This document shows positions 9,960 through 19,916 of a DNA stretch of 60,565 nucleotides, piece by piece. The notes beneath the pieces are model-generated. The model had not been told where the DNA came from, made no database searches, and saw only the letters and a program-made list of their open reading frames with translations. Both the position numbers and the translations under genes were made by a program. Origin of the DNA: an uncultured delta proteobacterium (lineage in GTDB: Bacteria; Desulfobacterota; Binatia; UBA9968). Where the stretch lies: NCBI GenBank assembly GCA_963755715.1, contig CAVWLW010000053.1:1-60565 (forward strand). Reading direction: 5' to 3'. Positions within the stretch are counted from its first letter, which is position 1; every line of letters starts with the position of its first letter.

Positions 9960-11096
9960 ATGAAGAAGTTCTTCAAGCGCGGTAGCGCGCTGTTCTTCGC
10001 GGCAATTTTGAGTTCATTCCCCGTCATCGAATCGCTCGCACAAACCGTGAGGCAAAGCAAGGATTGGGAAAAAGAATGGGAGTCGACGATCCGGGCCGCA
10101 AAAAAAGATGGCAAGCTGGTTTTCCACTCCGGCAATTCGGTGGAACCCTATTTCCAAGAATTTGAGAAAAAGTTTCCGGAGATAAAGGCCACTCGATTGT
10201 TGACCCATGGGGGAAGCGCGGCCCATGAACGTCTAATCGCCGAACGAAGGGCCGGAGTTTACGTGGCGGACATTGTGCATCTGGGAGCGGGGTCCGGTTC
10301 CTTGTTGGCCGCCGCAGGGGCGCTCGATCCTCTCGAACCCTATATGGTTCTCCCCGAAGTTTTGGATCAGTCGAAATGGTTTGAAGGGCGACACTATTTC
10401 GCCGACAAAGAGGGAAAGTATCTTTTAAAATATGCCTCAAACCCAGGAGTGGACGTTTCGTACAATACTAACCTCGTGAATCCCGATAGCATAAAGTCCT
10501 ATTGGGATATTCTCGACGCTAAATGGAAAGGAAAGATTGTCGCTTACGACCCGCGCGCCCGCGGCTCACGTCTATTCAGCTACTTTTATTATAATCCGGA
10601 GCTCGGACCTCGTTACCTGAGGCGGCTCTTCAGTGAAATGGACCTTACCGCCAGCCGCGACCGTCGCCAGATGACCGATTGGTTGGCCGCGGGTAAATTT
10701 GCCATAGCGCTTCGCACCGCCCCGGATGCGTCAAATTTGGATGACGCAAAGATCCAGGGACTGCCTGTCAATTGGTTCAATCCAGGACACTTTAAAGAGG
10801 CAGTGGGTATAAGCGGCGGGCCCGCCCACATTGCCGTGGTCAACAGGGCCCCTCATCCCAATGCAGCGAAACTCTTTATTAACTGGTTCCTGTCTCGCGA
10901 TGGCCAGCTGATGGCCCAAAAAATCGCTGCTAAACATGGCGAGGGCATCGATTCGCTTAGAATGGATATTTCCAAGGACATGGTTCCTCCGGCTTTTCGC
11001 CGCGGAGAGAAAACCAAGTTTTTCGACATGGATGCTGCCGAGCATGCGAGCGACGATCCCGCTTTAAAGTTTATCAATGAGGTATGGAAAAGATAG
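9960..11096 (+). CDS. Extracellular solute-binding protein (AfuA/FbpA-like, Fe3+/thiamine/polyamine cluster)
   Basis: Signal peptide from ATG 9960; AAKKDGKLV, SYWDILDAKWKGKI, APHPNAAKLFINWFLSRDGQ. Confidence 0.85.
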   Translation: MKKFFKRGSALFFAAILSSFPVIESLAQTVRQSKDWEKEWESTIRAAKKDGKLVFHSGNSVEPYFQEFEKKFPEIKATRLLTHGGSAAHERLIAERRAGVYVADIVHLGAGSGSLLAAAGALDPLEPYMVLPEVLDQSKWFEGRHYFADKEGKYLLKYASNPGVDVSYNTNLVNPDSIKSYWDILDAKWKGKIVAYDPRARGSRLFSYFYYNPELGPRYLRRLFSEMDLTASRDRRQMTDWLAAGKFAIALRTAPDASNLDDAKIQGLPVNWFNPGHFKEAVGISGGPAHIAVVNRAPHPNAAKLFINWFLSRDGQLMAQKIAAKHGEGIDSLRMDISKDMVPPAFRRGEKTKFFDMDAAEHASDDPALKFINEVWKR

Positions 11097-11175
11097 GCAT
11101 AGCTTGCCCAGGAACGCCGCCTCTCGGCTATCCTGTCCAAGCGTTGGGTAATTGAAAAAAATCAAGGAGGCGTGA

Positions 11176-12246
11176 ATGAGCGAACGCCGGACGAATCGTA
11201 GCAAAACCCGAGAGCCCGAACCGATGGAAACAGATTACGACCAAGCGGTTCGTGCCAAAGAAATCCGCAACAAGCGCATGGTGGAAGGGAGAGTCATCGT
11301 CAAGGGTAAGGATTTGCCGTGGGAGCTCAACCGTCAGGGACGGATCAAGTTCTTTCTAACGGATCGATCAGAGGATGTCGCGGCCCCCGGCTGGCTTGTC
11401 TTCCAACAGGAGATTCATAAGCACTCGGGCATGCACCGGCATCAAGGCGGAACTTTTATCTTCATCTTAGGCGGCAAGGGATATAGCACGGTAAACGGCG
11501 TGCGCCACGATTGGGAGGCCGGCGATTTAGCCATTTTGCCCATGGTACCCGGAGGCGTTGCCCATCAACACTTCAATCTCGACCCCACTGTTCCTGCCCT
11601 GTGGATGAGGGTGGGTTATACGCCGAACAAGCGCCTCGTTGTTGCCAACTGGATCGAGCAGTTCGAGGTCAACCCGGATTGGGCAGATAAAAACAAATTA
11701 CAGGATCGGAAAGTGGCCCCGATAGTTAACCATGCGCGTACGACAAACAAAGATGACTCTCCGCGGGGGAACACCCTCTTCGACGCCCTGTTGCGGCTCC
11801 GCGACGAGCAACGAGAGCAGATGAAGCACGCTCGAATGGTCGTTCAGGGGAAATTGTTACCGTTGGAGATCAATCCGATGGGTTTGTTCCGCTGGTACGT
11901 TCATCCGGACATGAAAGATGTCGGATGTCACGCCCAAATGATTTACGTGCAGGAGATTCCGGGTGGGAGTCGTTCCGGCAAACAGCTTCATCAAGGTGGC
12001 AGGTTTCATTATGTCCTCGAGGGAAAAGGCAGCACCGTCATAGACGGGGTCCGCCATGATTGGGAAGAGAACGAAATTATCCTGCTCCCTCTCAGTTCCC
12101 ATGGCGTTGTCCATCAGCATTATAATTCAGACCCAAGTAAACCCGCCCGGTTGCTCGTATCCGAACCCAACTGGGTCCACGTTTGGGGAGTGGATCTGGG
12201 TTCGGGGTTAGAGATGCTGGAGCCGGCCCCGGAGTACCAAGGGTAG
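11176..12246 (+). CDS. Bicupin protein (gentisate 1,2-dioxygenase-like)
   Basis: Two homologous cupin halves: SGMHRHQGG...GKGYSTVNGVRHDWEAGD...HQHFN and SGKQLHQGG...GKGSTVIDGVRHDWEENE...HQHYN. Confidence 0.78.
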   Translation: MSERRTNRSKTREPEPMETDYDQAVRAKEIRNKRMVEGRVIVKGKDLPWELNRQGRIKFFLTDRSEDVAAPGWLVFQQEIHKHSGMHRHQGGTFIFILGGKGYSTVNGVRHDWEAGDLAILPMVPGGVAHQHFNLDPTVPALWMRVGYTPNKRLVVANWIEQFEVNPDWADKNKLQDRKVAPIVNHARTTNKDDSPRGNTLFDALLRLRDEQREQMKHARMVVQGKLLPLEINPMGLFRWYVHPDMKDVGCHAQMIYVQEIPGGSRSGKQLHQGGRFHYVLEGKGSTVIDGVRHDWEENEIILLPLSSHGVVHQHYNSDPSKPARLLVSEPNWVHVWGVDLGSGLEMLEPAPEYQG

Positions 12247-12565
12247 AGGTTAGATCAAACGGAAAGAAAACATTGCGTTCAGCCCAAAATCCGGCTGAGT
12301 TGTTCTCAGAGAACCAGTATTAAGCGGTCATCTATAAATTAAAAGGCAGGTTCGTCACGTTCGTCCGGCCCGCGCACCCCCGGAGAAAAGCAGGTCGCAG
12401 CCGGTTTTTATTTGACTGGAATCATCCACCGGTTCTCCAGGATTTTATGCGCCTCAGCGGCACGCCGGTGCCCTGCTACGACGAACGAACGAGAGATCTC
12501 GGGACATCCTTTATCGAGTTTACTCCTTAGAGAGAGGGTTAAGGAGGGCCCTTTACGAGGCTCCC

Positions 12566-13423
12566 TTATTTCAAAGCGACATTCAGCAGCCAGGCCAGTC
12601 TGATTCCGGCTTGAGCAAGCCGCCGTCGGACAATCGGACGGGCTTTCTCCACATAATCATCGGAGAGCTCCACCGATGGCCCGATATCGTACGCGTGCGA
12701 CCGCACTAGCATTAACGATTCATTGGTCCACTGTGTGGGATCGCCGGCCTGCCATTTAAGACGCTCCGCTTCCGTGAGATTGGCAGTAAGCCGCTTGGCG
12801 ACTTCTTCTTCGGTCCCGGTTTCCATCTCCACCAGGTCTGTGTCCCAGAAGAAGTGAAGATTCGTCGTCGCGCCTCTGTAAGACACACGAATACCGGTCC
12901 CGCCTGAATCCTTCGTTCGACCGGCATGAAGCGGCTGGTGCATGTCGCCTACCAGGTGCGCGACGTAGTGAAGCGCGAGTCTTCGCATCATGATCGGCGC
13001 ATTCTTATCCGCGACGACTGTTGAGAACCATTTGAGAGCTTCGACCATGCAGTTTCGCTCCGGGCAGTCGCGTGCTTGATCGTAACCATCGGCATTCTCC
13101 GAAATAGTGACGTAATGGAGCGGATCGAAATCTCGTATGCTTCGCCCCTCATGATCCGGCCAGATGGCGGCCTCCGCCAGGGTCATGTACCCGGGAAGTA
13201 TTTTTTCGACTTCCTTGCGCGCTTCGGCAGTGAGATTCGCCTGGGCGATCAAACCGACGATCCGGTGGCCTTTGTCGAACCACGAAAAAGCCGACGAGGC
13301 TGTCAGCAGAAAGACGAAAAACGTCGAGAGGAAAGTAGCTGTCAGTGAAGCGAACGAGGGTAGCATTACAAAACTTGTACGCTGACCCAGGCGGGTTGTC
13401 GAGGTCGGTGCCGGAAACAGCAC
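12566..13423 (-). CDS. S1/P1 nuclease, secreted (start may be the downstream ATG near 13368)
   Basis: Signal peptide then W.DKGH, AAIWPD, LHY, HLVGDMHQPLHAG, TNLHFFWD, RLAQAGIRLA. Confidence 0.9.
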   Translation of the reverse strand: MLFPAPTSTTRLGQRTSFVMLPSFASLTATFLSTFFVFLLTASSAFSWFDKGHRIVGLIAQANLTAEARKEVEKILPGYMTLAEAAIWPDHEGRSIRDFDPLHYVTISENADGYDQARDCPERNCMVEALKWFSTVVADKNAPIMMRRLALHYVAHLVGDMHQPLHAGRTKDSGGTGIRVSYRGATTNLHFFWDTDLVEMETGTEEEVAKRLTANLTEAERLKWQAGDPTQWTNESLMLVRSHAYDIGPSVELSDDYVEKARPIVRRRLAQAGIRLAWLLNVALK

Positions 13424-13540
13424 ATGTCAGGCCAGGGTAGGTCTCTTGTTTCCTAGCGTTGCTCAACTAATTTTAGCTTGAATTCGTCATTATCGCGTTG
13501 ATTTAAAACGCGAGCTCGCGGGATGAGGCCGGATTTGCGA

Positions 13541-13949
13541 TCAAGTGTTCGCATACATCGGCTTTCGATCGCGCAGCGCGAGCCAGCCGCGAACGATCCG
13601 GTAGATGGCCCACACACCGGCCGCGAAGAAAACCGCTACCGCAAGCGGGATACCGATGAAGGTAATAAACAGCATCGCGCCGATCACGCACCAGAGGAGG
13701 GCAAACCAAAACGTCCGGATCTGCCAGCGAAAGTGCGACTCGAGGAAGGTCCCTCTTGCCTCTCCCCGCTTTAGCGTAGTTGATGACCACAGCAATGATC
13801 GAAGGCACGCCAAAAACAAAGGCGCCGATAATGGTTGCGGCGGTCGTTATGCCGATTAGAAGGCTCAGGGCGTGCAAGGCATACACCAGGTGAGTAACGC
13901 TGACGAGCGCCGGCGCCGGTTCGGTGGTAAATTCGGTATTCTCGGCCAT
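13541..13949 (-). CDS. Small integral membrane protein (DUF4870/COG3671-like); 1 frameshift near 13770
   Basis: THLVYALHAL...IIAVVINY + KRGEARGTFLESHFRWQIRTFW...WAIYRIVRGWLAL across two frames. Confidence 0.75.
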
Positions 13950-13977
13950 TAGGGTTACTGCCTCAGCACAGGCGGAC

Positions 13978-15348
13978 TCATGACGCAGGGATCAACAACT
14001 CGACGATTTTCTTGACGTCGTCGACGGCTTCCAAGTTTTTAACTGTAGCAATCAGATCTTCAGCTTGCTTCGTTGCAATAACCAACTTGGCATTGCCGCG
14101 AAATTTATCCAGGACTTCGCTTTCGGTCATCGGGTTTTCAGGATGACCTTTGGCGACGCGCGCAGTGAAACTGTGGCGCGTGCCGTTTTTCAGCTCGACC
14201 GTGACCGGACAATACGGGCCGGGTTCCGGAATAGTTTCATCGCAAATGACGTGAACTTTGCTAAAGGCTTCCTGAACCTGCGGTTGATTGACTTTTTCAT
14301 CCGTGAACGTTGCCAGTTCCAGTTTGCCGTCTAGGAAGCACATGGCGACGACGTAGTTGATCGTGAACTTGCCGCGCAGACCGGTTTTGACTTCAGCGGC
14401 ATAGTGGCGCTGATAGCGCATGGGCGGAATACTGACTTCCATCTTCGCGATGTCGTCGTAACGGATATTGTGCTCGCGCTTCAGCTGCAGCGCCGCGTCG
14501 GCGGCAAGAAACTGCGGCGCGCTGCAGGGATGCCACTTGAGCCCCATACCAGGCGATTCCAAGAAATACGGCGTGCCGAGGTTCGCGATCATTTTTTCAT
14601 AGTCGCAATTGCCCGGACCGAAAAAGGTGTCGCAAAAACCGCGCGGCGCTTCGATAATCGCGGCGTCGGCGGTGAAACCTTCTTGAGCGAGCAACGCGGC
14701 TTCGGCGCCGTTACGCGCGGCATTGCCGGCGTGAAATGGCTTGACCATGGAGCCTTGCTGGCGATGAATACCGCCAGCGGCCGAAGCGGTGATACCGAGG
14801 GCGGCTTTCAGCTTTGTCGCATCGAGCTTCAATAAGCTGCCGCACGCGATGGCGGCGCCGAGGCTGCCGAATACCGGCGTGCTGTGAAAGCCGCGGTCCT
14901 GTACATTGGGACAATTAGCCGCGACCTTACAAATCACTTCGATGCCAAGCACGTAGGCTTTGAGAAGATCCTTGCCCGACGCGCCGATTTTTTCCGCCAG
15001 CGGCAGCGCTGCGCCGATCAACATGCTGGTCGGATGGCCGACATGTATAAACGCGTCCCAGTCGTCGAAATCGAGGGCGTGAGCTAACAGGCCGTTGGCA
15101 AAGGCCGCAGTGGAAACAGATGCCTTGACATGGGTGCCCCAGATCGAAGCTTCGGTAGCAACGCCGAGACGCTTGCAGTAGTCGAGGGCGATTTCCGCCG
15201 GTGGCGTCGAGACGCCGGCGAGCGCGACGCCAAGCACGTCCAAGATATGCATCGTGGCATTGACGCGCGTCTTCGCCGAGACCGCCGACAGGTCGGTTTC
15301 GGTGACGAAGCGAGCGATGGTGTCGGTAACCGGTGGAAGGGTTGCCAT
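13978..15348 (-). CDS. MmgE/PrpD family protein
   Basis: AAFANGLLAHALDFDD, GHPTS, RGFHST, KPFHAGNAARNG, KWHPC, KGHPENPM. Confidence 0.9.
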   Translation of the reverse strand: MATLPPVTDTIARFVTETDLSAVSAKTRVNATMHILDVLGVALAGVSTPPAEIALDYCKRLGVATEASIWGTHVKASVSTAAFANGLLAHALDFDDWDAFIHVGHPTSMLIGAALPLAEKIGASGKDLLKAYVLGIEVICKVAANCPNVQDRGFHSTPVFGSLGAAIACGSLLKLDATKLKAALGITASAAGGIHRQQGSMVKPFHAGNAARNGAEAALLAQEGFTADAAIIEAPRGFCDTFFGPGNCDYEKMIANLGTPYFLESPGMGLKWHPCSAPQFLAADAALQLKREHNIRYDDIAKMEVSIPPMRYQRHYAAEVKTGLRGKFTINYVVAMCFLDGKLELATFTDEKVNQPQVQEAFSKVHVICDETIPEPGPYCPVTVELKNGTRHSFTARVAKGHPENPMTESEVLDKFRGNAKLVIATKQAEDLIATVKNLEAVDDVKKIVELLIPAS

Positions 15349-15490
15349 CTTGAGCTCCTGCCAATAGGAAGATATGAAAGTCCATTATCCGAATTGGGAC
15401 CGGCTGTCTATCTGTGTTAGAAAAAGGCGCGAGGCTTGAGCCAAGAGGCGCGAGGAAAAAAACGAAGATGAAAGAGAAGAGGAGAGACGC

Positions 15491-16666
15491 ATGAAAGGTT
15501 GTTTAGATGGGATCAGAGTTTTGGAGTTGGGCAATTTCATTTCCGGACCGTACGGCGCGATGTTGCTCGCCGATATGGGCGCGGAAGTGATCAAAGTCGA
15601 AAATCCCAAGGGCGGTGATCCGTTTCGCGGCTGGGATTTCGGCGGTGATCAGCCGAACTTTTGGGCCTACAACCGCGGCAAGAAGAGCGTGACGCTCAAT
15701 TTGCAAACTGCGGAAGGAAAAGAAGTGTTCTACGGCTTGGTGAAAAAAGCCGACGTGGTGATGGATAACTATCGTCCCGGCGTCACCAAGAAGCTTGGCA
15801 TCGATTTCGAGTCGCTGCGCAAGATCAACGAAGGCATTGTTTGCTGTTCCATCACGGGAACAGGTCCGACCGGTCCCTACGTCAAGCGTCCCGCCTATGA
15901 CACGGTGGGCCAAGGCATGGGCGGGATGATGAGCGTCTTGATGGATCCGCAAAATCCTAAGCCCGTCGGTCCGGCCTACGCGGACTGTTTGAGCGGCATG
16001 TTTTCCGCGCTGGGAGTTTTGGGCGCGTTGATGGCGCGCAATCGGACGGGCAAAGGCCAGCAGGTCGACGCGACGATGGTCGGTTCGATTCTCGCGTTTT
16101 TAAATGCGCCGGCGACGGAAACGCTGGCGCACGGGCGCGTGCCCGGCCCGTACACACGCCCGCGCCAGTCGCAGACCTATGCCTTTGCGTGCGCCGACGG
16201 CGCGATGCTGGCGATTCATTTGTCTTCGCCGCAAAAATTTTGGGAAGGATTGTGCAAATCGGTCGAGCATCCCGAATTGATCGAAGACCCGCGCTTCAAT
16301 ACTCGACCGAACCGCCGAACCAATTACGACGAGCTCAACAAAACTTTCGCGGTGTTTTTCAAAGAACAGCCGCGGTCGGTCTGGGTCGAGCGGCTCGAGG
16401 CCAACGACGTGCCGCACACGCCGGTGTACAATTTGAAAGAAGTCTTCGACGATCCGCAGGTCAAGCACATGGGGATGCAGATCGCGATCGAACGCAAGGA
16501 TAAGCCGACGATTCGCACAGTAAAATTTCCTTTGAGTCACAGCGATACTCCGTCGGCTCATCCTGCGCCGCCCCCGGAGCTCGGTGAAAACAACGACGAG
16601 TTTCTAAAATCCTTGGGCTATGACGAGGCGAAGATCGCTGAGTTCAAGGAAAAGGGAATTATCTGA
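15491..16666 (+). CDS. Family III (CaiB/BaiF) CoA-transferase, copy 1
   Basis: LDGIRVLEL...GPYGAMLLADMGAEVIKVE, NRGKKS, NYRPG, catalytic-position Asp in YADCLSG, PPELGE. Confidence 0.92.
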   Translation: MKGCLDGIRVLELGNFISGPYGAMLLADMGAEVIKVENPKGGDPFRGWDFGGDQPNFWAYNRGKKSVTLNLQTAEGKEVFYGLVKKADVVMDNYRPGVTKKLGIDFESLRKINEGIVCCSITGTGPTGPYVKRPAYDTVGQGMGGMMSVLMDPQNPKPVGPAYADCLSGMFSALGVLGALMARNRTGKGQQVDATMVGSILAFLNAPATETLAHGRVPGPYTRPRQSQTYAFACADGAMLAIHLSSPQKFWEGLCKSVEHPELIEDPRFNTRPNRRTNYDELNKTFAVFFKEQPRSVWVERLEANDVPHTPVYNLKEVFDDPQVKHMGMQIAIERKDKPTIRTVKFPLSHSDTPSAHPAPPPELGENNDEFLKSLGYDEAKIAEFKEKGII

Positions 16667-16711
16667 TGCGCGGAAGGCGCTGCAACGGCGGACGACAAAC
16701 TGGAGAGCCAG

Positions 16712-17888
16712 ATGAACGGTTGTCTTGAAGGCATCAGGGTTTTGGAGTTGGGCAATTTTATTTCTGGGCCGTACGGGGCGATGTTGCTCGCTGATATGGG
16801 CGCGGAGGTGATCAAAATAGAAAATCCCAAGGGCGGCGATCCGTTTCGCGGTTGGGATCTCGGTGGCGATCAGCCAAATTTTTGGGCTTACAACCGCGGC
16901 AAGAAAGGCATTACGCTCAATCTGCAAACGCCGGAAGGAAAGGAGATTTTTCTCGCGCTCGCCAAGAATGCAGACGTGGTGCTCGACAATTACCGTCCCG
17001 GTGTGATGAAAAAACTCGGCATCGACTACGACACGGTGAGCAAAACGAACCCGGCAGTGATTTATCTCTCGATTACCGGCACAGGACCGACCGGTCCTTA
17101 TGTTAAGCGACCCGCGTACGACACCGTTGGCCAGGGATTGGGTGGCATGCTGAGCCTATTGATGGACGCGAAAAATCCCCGTCCTATCGGTCCCAACTAT
17201 GCCGACAGCTTGAGCGGGATGTTCGCCTGTATCGGCGTGCTCGGCGCGATCGCCGCGCGCGCGAAGACCGGCAAAGGCCAGCAGGTGGATACGACGATGG
17301 CAGGCTCGACTCTGGCGTTTCTTGATTGCGCCGGCGACGGATTCCCTCGCAACTGGCAAGATTCCCGGGCCATACACGCGGCCGATGCAATCACAGACCT
17401 ACGCGTTCACGGGTGCCGACGGAGCAATGTTCGCGATTCATCTTTCGTCGCCGCAAAAATTCTGGGAAGGTTTGTGCAAGGCCGCCGGTCATCCGGAACT
17501 GATCGACGATTCGCGCTTCAATACCCGGCCGAATCGCCGGAAGAACTACAACGAGTTGGCTAAAGTTTTCGGCGACTTTTTCAAAGAAAAGCCGCGCGCT
17601 CATTGGATGGAGCAATTGGAAGCGAACGACGTGCCATACACGCCGGTCTACGACATGCAGGAGGTTTTTGCGGACCCGCAGATCAAACACATGGGCCTAG
17701 AGATCGAAATAGCGCGCAAGGACAAGCCGAATATACGCACCGTGGCTTTCCCGAACGCATACAGCGATACCAAAAATCCCCATCCGCTGCCGCCTCCCGA
17801 ATTGGGCGAGCACAACGCCGAATATCTCAAGCCGCTCGGTTACAGCGATCAGCAGATCGCGGAGTTCAAGGAGAAGGGGATAATTTGA
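16712..17888 (+). CDS. Family III CoA-transferase, tandem paralogue; 1 frameshift near 17325
   Basis: Closely similar to copy 1 along its length; ORFs 16712-17563 and 17322-17888 join to a full-length protein ending EFKEKGII. Confidence 0.88.
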
Positions 17889-17945
17889 CGAATAGTTTTG
17901 CGACAATAGCCGCTAGCGGCCGCATGCTTATCGAGCTTTCTTTTA

Positions 17946-19124
17946 ATGATTCATTACGATGTGGTGATCCTCGGCGGTGGCGCTGCCGGTTTGATGTGCG
18001 CCATCGAGGCGGGCAAACGCGGCCGGCGCGTCTTGGTGATCGAGCGCAGCGAAAAAGTCGGCAAAAAAATTCTCATCTCCGGCGGCGGCCGCTGCAATTT
18101 CACCAACCTTCAAGTTACGCCGGAAAACTTCCTGTCCGCCAATCCCCATTTTTGCAAATCTGCGCTGGCGCGTTACACGCAGTGGGACTTTATCGCGATG
18201 GTGGAGCGACATGGGATCGCCTACCACGAAAAAGAGCTGGGGCAGCTGTTCTGCGACCAGTCGGCGAAGTTGATCGTCAAGATGCTCACCGATGAATGCC
18301 GCGCGGCGGGCGTACGGATCGAAACGGATTGCGTCGTGAGTTCAGCGCAGCGACACGCCGATAATTTCGCGCTGCAATCCAATCGTGGCGAGATGCGTGG
18401 GAGCTCGCTTGTCGTTGCCAGCGGCGGCCTTTCGGTGCCCAAAATGGGCGCGACCGGATTCGGTTATGAGCTGGCTAGGCAATTCGCTCACACCATCGAA
18501 CCGCCACGGGCGGGGCTCGTGCCACTTACTTTCGATGCCGACGATAGGGTGCGCTATCGCGATTTGTCCGGCGTCAGTTTGGCGGTCCAAGTTGCTTGCC
18601 GTCGCCAATCTTTTTCCCACGCCATGCTCTTCACTCATCGCGGCATCAGCGGTCCGGCAATTCTGCAAATATCTTCTTATTGGCACCCGGGCGATGTGCT
18701 ATCGGTCAATTTTTTGCCGCTGAGCGACAGCTTGGAATGGCTAAAAGAGCGGCAGTTATCCCGTCCGGAGTCTGAGCTGAAAACTGTGCTCGGTGAGTTC
18801 CTGCCGAAGCGCTTGGCGCAGCGTCTGTGTGAAATTCAGATCGACAATCGGCCATTGCGCCAATACACGCCTCAGGACTTGCGCGCGGTTTGTGAATTAC
18901 TACAAAATTGGCGCATCCGCCCGAGCGATACGGAAGGATATCGCACCGCGGAGGTTACGCTCGGTGGCGTGAGCACGGATGCGTTATCATCGACGACGAT
19001 GGAGTCGAAAAAAATCCCAGGTTTGTATTTTATCGGCGAAGTCGTCGATGTGACCGGCCATTTGGGCGGTTTCAATTTCCAATGGGCCTGGTCGTCCGGT
19101 TTCGCCGCGGGTCAAGTTGTGTAA
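17946..19124 (+). CDS. HI0933/YhiN (BaiN) family flavoprotein oxidoreductase
   Basis: GGGAAG, GKKILISGGGRCNFTN, LFTHRGISGPAIL, AEVTLGGV, GGFNFQWAWSSG. Confidence 0.92.
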   Translation: MIHYDVVILGGGAAGLMCAIEAGKRGRRVLVIERSEKVGKKILISGGGRCNFTNLQVTPENFLSANPHFCKSALARYTQWDFIAMVERHGIAYHEKELGQLFCDQSAKLIVKMLTDECRAAGVRIETDCVVSSAQRHADNFALQSNRGEMRGSSLVVASGGLSVPKMGATGFGYELARQFAHTIEPPRAGLVPLTFDADDRVRYRDLSGVSLAVQVACRRQSFSHAMLFTHRGISGPAILQISSYWHPGDVLSVNFLPLSDSLEWLKERQLSRPESELKTVLGEFLPKRLAQRLCEIQIDNRPLRQYTPQDLRAVCELLQNWRIRPSDTEGYRTAEVTLGGVSTDALSSTTMESKKIPGLYFIGEVVDVTGHLGGFNFQWAWSSGFAAGQVV

Positions 19125-19189
19125 GATGTTAAAACAAGACTCAAGGCGGCGAAATTTATTTACCTGAGATCCTAGTCAACCGCTTACTG

Positions 19190-19900
19190 CTACTCTTTTC
19201 CTAACTCCCGAGCCAGAAAATTTTCTGTCAGCGTCCAAGCTTGTTCGGCGAGAGCGGGATCGTAGCAGTCGCCATCGGCCATCGCGAAGCCGTGGCCGGC
19301 GCGATGGAAAAAGTGCCAGTCTAAGGGTTGGCCGTTAGCTTGAAAGCTCGCCATCAACCGCTGCTGCACCGGGATGCTGGCGACGTGGTCTTTTGCGCCG
19401 AAAAAGATCTGCGACGGACACTTGAAGTCTTTGACCGCCTCGTTGGGATGGCGCGGTCTTAACTTACTCGGTTCTTCGTCGCGGACGGACGGATAGTAGC
19501 CGACGAATCCGCGCACGCTGGGAGTGGCCGCGACGAAATGGATGCCGATGCGCCCGCCCATGCAGTAGCCGACGACGGCGCAACGTTTGGCGTCCACTTC
19601 GGGCCTGCTCGTCAAGTAACGCCATGCGCCGCTAATGATCTCCGTGAACTGGCCGTCGCTGGTTTTCTTTTGCGCTTCATGGACGCCGTCGGATTCGCCA
19701 AGCATCTTGTAGAGATCCGGCACGAAGGTCGTGTAGCCGAGCTTGGCGAAGTTACAAACATTGACCTTCATGTTTCCCGTAACGCCGAAATGGTGATGCA
19801 CGATCAGCACTCCGGGGCCGGGCTCTTTCCGGTCGGGATGAGCGAGGTAACCGGGGACGCCGTCTTTTTCGGCGATTAAATCGCGATTGATGATCTGCAT
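19190..19900 (-). CDS. Dienelactone hydrolase family protein
   Basis: GYCMGG nucleophile, FGAKD, AGHGF triad. Confidence 0.88.
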   Translation of the reverse strand: MQIINRDLIAEKDGVPGYLAHPDRKEPGPGVLIVHHHFGVTGNMKVNVCNFAKLGYTTFVPDLYKMLGESDGVHEAQKKTSDGQFTEIISGAWRYLTSRPEVDAKRCAVVGYCMGGRIGIHFVAATPSVRGFVGYYPSVRDEEPSKLRPRHPNEAVKDFKCPSQIFFGAKDHVASIPVQQRLMASFQANGQPLDWHFFHRAGHGFAMADGDCYDPALAEQAWTLTENFLARELGKE

Positions 19901-19916
19901 AAATTTGCCCTCCTCT

